IMG/VR virus record: IMGVR_UViG_3300020057_000027
Coordinates: 100,107-164,106 of that record
Origin: a virus
Strand: one strand, 5' to 3'
DNA: 64,000 nucleotides
In this document: in pieces, positions 57,522 through 64,000 of the stretch
Layout: the number at the start of each line of letters is the position of its first letter
Position numbering within the stretch: the first letter of the stretch is position 1
Translations under genes and position numbers: made by a program
The notes under the pieces: model-generated
The model's input: the letters and a program-made list of their open reading frames with translations, nothing else
Told to the model about the DNA's origin: nothing
Databases searched by the model: none

Positions 57522-57551
57522 TAAAACCCTTTAGGAGTGTGAAGAGTCGTT

Positions 57552-60500
57552 ATGTATAATTTCCGACGTAGTAAATTAATAGCCCAACCAATGCAGCCAA
57601 TAGTGGACGGAAACCACTATTTGAGCAAAGGCCTCGTGGGTTATTGGCCGTGTTCTGTAGATACTGCTACTGGTGGTACAGGAGCATTAAAAGACTATTC
57701 AGGTTATGGTAATCACGGCACAATAAGTAATACTTCTATAACTTATTCAACTACTCCTGGCCCTCTTAATGCTGTTGGTCTTAATTTCCCAAGCATAAAA
57801 CAATTTGTATCATTTACGACTCCGGCTGGACTTCCTGCTTATCCAACTGGAGCAAACCAATTAACTATATCATTCTGGATTAAATCAAATTCAGCAACTC
57901 TTAAAGATATTGTTCAATATAATGCTGGGACTACTAGCGGAACAAATTTATTAATACAAACTTCTAGCGATAATATACAAATAGATTTCGGTTCGGCTGG
58001 ACATATTTGGGGAACGGCGGCGAGTACCATATCGCAAAACTACATGTCTCATGTGGTTATAGTTGTGCCACCTGGAGCTACCTTAACTTCAGATATAAAA
58101 ATTTACATTAATGGTATTGACGTTGCAGTATCAACTTTATCTGGAACGGCTGCTACCTTAAATCTATCTGCTGCCGATTGGCTATTTGGTGAAAGAGGAC
58201 CTTCTCAAGCTAATAAAGCAGATCAAATTTTATCTGAAGTTCGTTTATATAATAGAGCATTACAAAGTTCAGAAGTTAGAGAATTATATTCCGACCCTTG
58301 GTCTGGACTTATTAATCCTGCTAATGAAATATTATATACTTTTGCTGGTGTCCCACCGACACAAAACATACAACCAACAGGAATATCTTCTGCTGAAGCA
58401 TTTGGTTCACATAAAATAAACCAAAATATTAATACGGTGGGAAATATATCTTCTACTCAAGCTTTCGGCACTCATCAACTCAACCAAAAAATTCATAATG
58501 TTGGAGCGATAGTAAGCGCAGAAGCTTTCGGGACACACAAACTTAATCACGTAATTAAACCTATAGCCATAACATCACAAGAAGTTTTTGGTATACCAAA
58601 ATTACATTTGGTTATCTATACTACTGGCCCACCAATTCTATCGGCCGAAACATTTGGAACTCATAAGCTAAATCAAAAAATACATCTTGTTGGTAATATT
58701 GCTTCTGTTGAAGCCTTTGGTTCTCACAAACTAAACCAAAGAATTTCTCCTACATCTATTACAACACTAGAAGCTTTTGGTTCTCACAAACTAAATCTAA
58801 AAATACATAATGCTGGCAACATTGCTAGTGCTGAAGCTTTCGGAACTCCAACAATAGTTCCTGGAACCGCTTACGTTCTTCCATCTGGTATTATAAGCCA
58901 AGAGGCTTTTGGTTTACATGAACTTGATTTAGAAATAGAAGAGCCTGGAGTTCCTAGTGCGGAAGCATTTGGTTTACACCAGATCAACCAAAAAATCAAA
59001 CCATCTTCTATAGATTCATTAGAAGCTTTTGGTTCACATAAAGTAAATCTTAATATTCATGTAATTGGTATTACATCTGATGAAGCTTTTGGTACTCACA
59101 TAATAGAAGTTGGAGATGTTATTATCTCTACTTCTTCTATAAACTCACTAGAAGCATTTGGTTCTCATAAAGTAAATCTTAATATTGTTCCTTCTTCTAT
59201 TGATTCATTAGAAGGTGTTGGACTACCACACATAAAACATCATATTAAGCCAGCATCAATTGATAGTGCTGAAACTTTTGGTACACACCAATTAAATCTT
59301 TATATTGTTCCATCTTCTATTAATAGTAATGAAGCTTTTGGCAGTCATACCTTAACAACTGGCAATGTAAATATATTACCATCTTCTATTGATTCATTAG
59401 AAGTATTTGGTGTACACAATATAGTACATAAGATTAAACCATCTTCTATTGATTCAGAAGAAGCTTTTGGTTTGCATCAATTAAATCTTACTATCTTCCC
59501 GTTGGGTATTCTATCTCAAGAATATGTCAATGAAGCTCCTGGAGTTGAATATGAAATAGAACCTCCATCTATTAATAGTGCAGAAGATTTTGGTTTCCCA
59601 ACTATAACTTCTATTGTATCTATTCAAGTAACTTCTATTAATAGTGCCGAAACTTTTGGTTTACATAAAGTAAATCAAAAAATTCATGCTCAAAGTATTA
59701 CAAGTCAAGAAGCTTTTGGTTTACATAAGTTTAGTTACATAATATATCCAGATCACGTAAACAGTGCTGAAGCTTTTGGTTCACCTATTATACTTTCTGT
59801 TGTTTACGTACAACCATCTTCTATAGACTCACTAGAAGCTTTTGGTTCACATTCATTACATCTTAGAATATTCCCACAAGCAATAAACACTTCGGAAGCT
59901 TTTGGTTCACATTCATTATCGGCTGTTATATACCCATCTTCTATTAACAGTGAAGAAGCATTTGGCACACATCAATTAAATCTTTATGTTGTTCCTTCTT
60001 CTATTGATTCTACTGAAACATTTGGTTCACATACTGTAACACCTGGAACGGCTTACGTTCTTCCATCTGGTATTGTTAGCCAAGAAGCTTTTGGTTTACA
60101 TGAACTTGATTTAGAAATAGAAGAGCCTGGAGTTCCTAGTGCTGAAGCATTTGGCACACATCAAATTAATCAAAAGATTAAACCTAGTTCAGTAGACAGT
60201 GATGAAGCTTTCGGAACTACAATGTTGGTTCACGAGATTGAGCCAAGCTCAATTGATAGTGAAGAAGCATTTGGCACTCCAACAATAGTAAGTGGAAATA
60301 TTAATATCTATCCATCTTCTATATCTTCATTAGAATCTTTTGGTACACATAAAGTAAATCAAAAGATTCATGCTGAAAGTATTACAAGCCAAGAAACTTT
60401 TGGTAATCTAAAAATTAATTTTGTTATCTTTGCTCAAGATATCAATACTCAAGAAACTGTAAATGAACCTACATTACATTTAAAGATTTTCATTAATGAG

Positions 60501-63500
60501 ATATTTTCATCTGAAGCTTTTGGTTCACATGTAATACAACCTGGAGTTGTTTACATTCAACCAAGTTCAATAACTTCATTAGAAGCCTTTGGCTCTCATA
60601 AAGTAAATCATCTTATCAATATCACAAGTATTGATTCGGAAGAAGCTTTTGGTACACATCTATTAATTCTTTATGTTGTTCCTTCTTCAATAACTTCTGA
60701 AGAAGCTTTCGGAACTCCAACACTAACTTCTATAGCTTACATTCAACCAAGTTCAATTGATAGTGAAGAGTATATTGGAACTCATAGTGTTGTACAAGTA
60801 ATACAACCTAATGCTATTGATACAGAAGAATTTGTAAATGATGTAAATGTAGTTCAAGTAATACAACCACTATCAATTAACTCACAAGAAATGTTTGGTG
60901 GTCTGGATGATATTGAACAAAACATTTATCCACCAAGTATTAATTCGGCTGAATCGGTTGGTTTCCCAATAGTACAACCTGGAGCTGTATACATTCAACC
61001 GACTTCTATTGATTCGGAAGAAGCTTTTGGTATAGCACAACTTTCTATTTCTATAATAGTAAATGCTATTACTACCGAAGAAGTATTCGGATATCATATC
61101 GTTCATCAAAATATTCACACAACATCTATCTTTGAAGATGAATATGGAACACCACAAGTAAATCTAAACATTCATGTTCTTGGTATAGCATCATTAGAAG
61201 CTTTCGGTTCACACCAATTAAATTACATCATCTATCCTATTGGTGTTACTTCTGATGAAGCTTTCGGAACTACAATGTTGGTTCATGAGATTGAACCAAG
61301 TTCAATCAATAGTAATGAAGCATTTGGCACTCCAACATTAACATCTAATGCTTATATTAATCCATCTTCTATAACATCATTAGAAGCATTTGGTACACAC
61401 CAAGTAAACTTAAATGTTCATGTTCTTGGTATAGCATCATTAGAAGAATTTGGTACTCACCAATTAAATCTTACTATCTTCCCAGTAAGTATTACTAGTG
61501 AAGAAGCATTTGGCTCACACCAATTAAATCTTTATATTGTTCCATCTTCTATTGATTCAGAAGAATACATTGGCTCACATAGTTTAGTTCAAGTAATACA
61601 ACCATCTTCTATAACATCATTAGAAGCTTTCGGTACTCATCAATTAAATCTTACTATCTTTACTCAAGCTATTGGTAGTGATGAAGCTTTTGGTTTACAT
61701 CAATTAAATCATGTTATTAATATTACATCAATTGATAGCGAAGAAGCTTTTGGCACTCATCAAGTAAATCTAAACATTCATGTTCTTGGTATAGCTAGTG
61801 AAGAGGCATTTGACACTCCAACATTAACATCTAATGCTTATATTAATCCATCTTCAATTGATAGTGAAGAGTATATTGGAACACACTTATTTGTTCTTGA
61901 AATTGAAAATGGTAATATTTCTTCAGAAGAAGCATTTGGTACTCACCAATTAAATCTTACTATCTTCCCAGTAAGTATTACTAGTGATGAAGCTTTTGGT
62001 TCACATAGTATAGTTCAAATAATACAACCTAATAGTATTGATAGTGAAGAGGCTTTCGGAACTCATCAATTAAACCAAAACATATACACTCAAGCTATTG
62101 GAACAGAAGAAGCATTTGGCACACACCAAGTAAACTTGAATATTCATGTTCTTGGTATTGCTAGTGAAGAGGCTTTCGGAACTCATCAATTAAATCAAAA
62201 TGTATATTCTGTTGGTATTACTTCTGATGAAAACTTTGGTTCACATCAATTAAATCTTACTATCTTCCCACAAGATATTAACACCGATGAAGCTTTCGGA
62301 ACTCCAAGTCTAGTTCAAGTAATACAACCATCTTCTATAACATCATTAGAAGCTTTCGGTACTCATCAATTAAACTTGAAGATCTTCATTGATACTATTA
62401 ACAGTGATGAAGCATTTGGTACTCCTGATCTAACTGCCGCGTATTTAATATACCCATCTTCTATAGATTCACTAGAAGCTTTTGGTTCACATCAATTAAA
62501 CTTGAAGATCTTCATTGATACTATTAACAGTGATGAAGCATTTGGTACTCATCAATTAAATCTTCATATAACAACTATTGGTATTACCACTGGAGAAATC
62601 TTTGGTACACCACAACTAAACTTAGTAATATATCCATTTGATATACCATCACAAGAAGTTTTTGGTTCACATCAATTAAATGTAAACATTCTTCCTGTCG
62701 GTGTTGTTACCGAAGAGTATATTGGCACACATCAAATTGATCTTGAAATTGAGAATGGTAATGTTGATTCTGGAGAAGAATTCGGCACACATCAAATCAA
62801 TCAAACAATATTATATGCTGGTGATATAGTAAGTAATGAAACATTTGGTGTACAACCTCTAATAATAATATATGTTGATCCTCTTGCTATAGACTCAGAA
62901 GAGTATATCGGCACACATCAATTAAATTACATCATCTATCCTGTTGCTATAGATTCAGAAGAATTTGTAAATGGTGGCGATGAACAGATCATACATGAGG
63001 TTGAGCCTGTAAGTATTCCTTCAGAAGAGTATATTGGCTCACATAGTCTAGTTCAAGTAATACAACCTAATACTATTGGTTCTGAAGAAGCCTTCGGAAC
63101 TCATATGCTAGTTCACGAAATTGAACCTGTAAGTATTCCTTCGGAAGAAGCTTTTGGTTTACCTTATTTAACTTCAAGTATAACTTTAACTGGTATACCT
63201 TCTGATGAAGCTTTCGGAACTCATCAACTTAACCTTACTATCTTCCCTGTAAGTATTGATAGTGAAGAAGTTGTAAACCAAGTTAATGTAGTTCAAGTAA
63301 TACAACCTACAGAAATAACTTCGGAAGAAGCTTTTGGTAATCATACGCTATCACAAAGAATATACTTGGTTGGTATATTGAGTGAAGAGTATATTGGAAA
63401 CTTAAAAGTAAATCAAGAGTTCCAAGATGGTTTCATACCAAGTGCTGAAGCCTTCGGAACACATCAACTAAACTTCACAATATTCCCACAAGATGTTAAT

Positions 63501-64000
63501 AGTGATGAATCTTTTGGTAATGCTAATATTAATTACATAATAAAACCTTTTGGTATTTCTTCTGCTGAAAATGTAAATTCACCTAAAGTAAATCTACACA
63601 TTCACTTAACTGGAATCAATAGTGATGAATTGTTTGGTACTCATACACTAGTATCTACTATTCATGTTCTATCTATTAACAGTGATGAAGCTTTTGGTTT
63701 ACATCAAGTTAATCTGAATATACACACTATTAGTATTGATAGTGAAGAAGCATTTGGAACTCATCAATTAAATCTTACTATTTTCCCTGTACAAATTGAT
63801 AGTGAAGAATACATTGGCGCACATAGTCTTGTTCAAATAATACAACCAACTTCAATAGACAGTGAAGAAGCATTTGGCACACATCATCTTAAGCATATTA
63901 TTAAACCAGTTTCAATTAATTCACAAGAAGCTTTTGGTACTCATACAATTGTATCTACTATTCATGTTCTATCTATTGATAGCGAAGAATACATTGGCAC
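57552..64000 (+). CDS. giant repeat protein (>2149 aa, runs off the window): N-terminal LamG/ConA-like domain plus about 90 tandem 20-aa repeats
   Basis: absent from the ORF track because no stop is reached; ATG 57552 and the last codons (63960) share a frame; GLVGYWP...DYSGYGNHGT, LTISFWIK, IKIYING, SEVRLYNRAL...EV..LY are LamG hallmarks. Confidence 0.92.
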   Translation, partial: MYNFRRSKLIAQPMQPIVDGNHYLSKGLVGYWPCSVDTATGGTGALKDYSGYGNHGTISNTSITYSTTPGPLNAVGLNFPSIKQFVSFTTPAGLPAYPTGANQLTISFWIKSNSATLKDIVQYNAGTTSGTNLLIQTSSDNIQIDFGSAGHIWGTAASTISQNYMSHVVIVVPPGATLTSDIKIYINGIDVAVSTLSGTAATLNLSAADWLFGERGPSQANKADQILSEVRLYNRALQSSEVRELYSDPWSGLINPANEILYTFAGVPPTQNIQPTGISSAEAFGSHKINQNINTVGNISSTQAFGTHQLNQKIHNVGAIVSAEAFGTHKLNHVIKPIAITSQEVFGIPKLHLVIYTTGPPILSAETFGTHKLNQKIHLVGNIASVEAFGSHKLNQRISPTSITTLEAFGSHKLNLKIHNAGNIASAEAFGTPTIVPGTAYVLPSGIISQEAFGLHELDLEIEEPGVPSAEAFGLHQINQKIKPSSIDSLEAFGSHKVNLNIHVIGITSDEAFGTHIIEVGDVIISTSSINSLEAFGSHKVNLNIVPSSIDSLEGVGLPHIKHHIKPASIDSAETFGTHQLNLYIVPSSINSNEAFGSHTLTTGNVNILPSSIDSLEVFGVHNIVHKIKPSSIDSEEAFGLHQLNLTIFPLGILSQEYVNEAPGVEYEIEPPSINSAEDFGFPTITSIVSIQVTSINSAETFGLHKVNQKIHAQSITSQEAFGLHKFSYIIYPDHVNSAEAFGSPIILSVVYVQPSSIDSLEAFGSHSLHLRIFPQAINTSEAFGSHSLSAVIYPSSINSEEAFGTHQLNLYVVPSSIDSTETFGSHTVTPGTAYVLPSGIVSQEAFGLHELDLEIEEPGVPSAEAFGTHQINQKIKPSSVDSDEAFGTTMLVHEIEPSSIDSEEAFGTPTIVSGNINIYPSSISSLESFGTHKVNQKIHAESITSQETFGNLKINFVIFAQDINTQETVNEPTLHLKIFINEIFSSEAFGSHVIQPGVVYIQPSSITSLEAFGSHKVNHLINITSIDSEEAFGTHLLILYVVPSSITSEEAFGTPTLTSIAYIQPSSIDSEEYIGTHSVVQVIQPNAIDTEEFVNDVNVVQVIQPLSINSQEMFGGLDDIEQNIYPPSINSAESVGFPIVQPGAVYIQPTSIDSEEAFGIAQLSISIIVNAITTEEVFGYHIVHQNIHTTSIFEDEYGTPQVNLNIHVLGIASLEAFGSHQLNYIIYPIGVTSDEAFGTTMLVHEIEPSSINSNEAFGTPTLTSNAYINPSSITSLEAFGTHQVNLNVHVLGIASLEEFGTHQLNLTIFPVSITSEEAFGSHQLNLYIVPSSIDSEEYIGSHSLVQVIQPSSITSLEAFGTHQLNLTIFTQAIGSDEAFGLHQLNHVINITSIDSEEAFGTHQVNLNIHVLGIASEEAFDTPTLTSNAYINPSSIDSEEYIGTHLFVLEIENGNISSEEAFGTHQLNLTIFPVSITSDEAFGSHSIVQIIQPNSIDSEEAFGTHQLNQNIYTQAIGTEEAFGTHQVNLNIHVLGIASEEAFGTHQLNQNVYSVGITSDENFGSHQLNLTIFPQDINTDEAFGTPSLVQVIQPSSITSLEAFGTHQLNLKIFIDTINSDEAFGTPDLTAAYLIYPSSIDSLEAFGSHQLNLKIFIDTINSDEAFGTHQLNLHITTIGITTGEIFGTPQLNLVIYPFDIPSQEVFGSHQLNVNILPVGVVTEEYIGTHQIDLEIENGNVDSGEEFGTHQINQTILYAGDIVSNETFGVQPLIIIYVDPLAIDSEEYIGTHQLNYIIYPVAIDSEEFVNGGDEQIIHEVEPVSIPSEEYIGSHSLVQVIQPNTIGSEEAFGTHMLVHEIEPVSIPSEEAFGLPYLTSSITLTGIPSDEAFGTHQLNLTIFPVSIDSEEVVNQVNVVQVIQPTEITSEEAFGNHTLSQRIYLVGILSEEYIGNLKVNQEFQDGFIPSAEAFGTHQLNFTIFPQDVNSDESFGNANINYIIKPFGISSAENVNSPKVNLHIHLTGINSDELFGTHTLVSTIHVLSINSDEAFGLHQVNLNIHTISIDSEEAFGTHQLNLTIFPVQIDSEEYIGAHSLVQIIQPTSIDSEEAFGTHHLKHIIKPVSINSQEAFGTHTIVSTIHVLSIDSEEYIG
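58366..64000 (+). repeat. coding tandem repeat, mostly 60-nt period, consensus I.PSSI.S.EAFG.HQLNL.
   Basis: GAAGC(T/A)TT(T/C)GG recurs about every 60 nt with interspersed 63-69-nt units. Confidence 0.95.

Noticed and set aside
58186-61157. Track ORFs 58186..58419 (+) and 60882..61157 (-)
   Set aside because: Shadow frames of the giant repeat gene.
58366-64000. CRISPR array suggested by the 60-nt periodicity
   Set aside because: Units vary mainly at synonymous positions, stay in one open frame and have no invariant repeat/unique spacer structure; no cas genes.
1-64000. Stop-codon reassignment
   Set aside because: Core genes are full length in the standard code, and TAA, TAG and TGA all end genes at expected positions.

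Overview
This window is part of an AT-rich, T4-like myovirus genome (gene order resembles the cyanophage/environmental T4-like branch), standard genetic code, with essentially all real genes on the + strand. Bases 1-14.7 kb are an early/accessory region of about 50 small genes behind sigma70-type promoters. It includes an AAA+ ATPase, a Cro/C1-type HTH protein, a probable T3-type SAM lyase, a run of helical-hairpin paralogues, two apparently frameshifted genes and a 109-nt tRNA-shaped RNA with a much longer anticodon arm. Bases 14.8-56.5 kb are the virion module: gp5, gp25, gp6, gp7-like, gp8, a VrlC-like protein, a multi-gene fibre cluster, an RcGTA-type head-spike base, a holin, and gp13-gp21, with a mini-intein in the portal. 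After gp21, where gp22/gp23 are expected, there is a 3-gene insertion. It ends in a gene missing from the ORF track (57552 to beyond the window, >2149 aa) encoding a LamG-like domain plus about 90 tandem 20-aa repeats. Copies of that same repeat are appended to both ends of the gp7-like baseplate protein and to the C-terminus of gp15, which suggests an undescribed repeat-docked virion filament system. All family assignments come from motifs recognised by eye; no searches were run and the host cannot be assigned.
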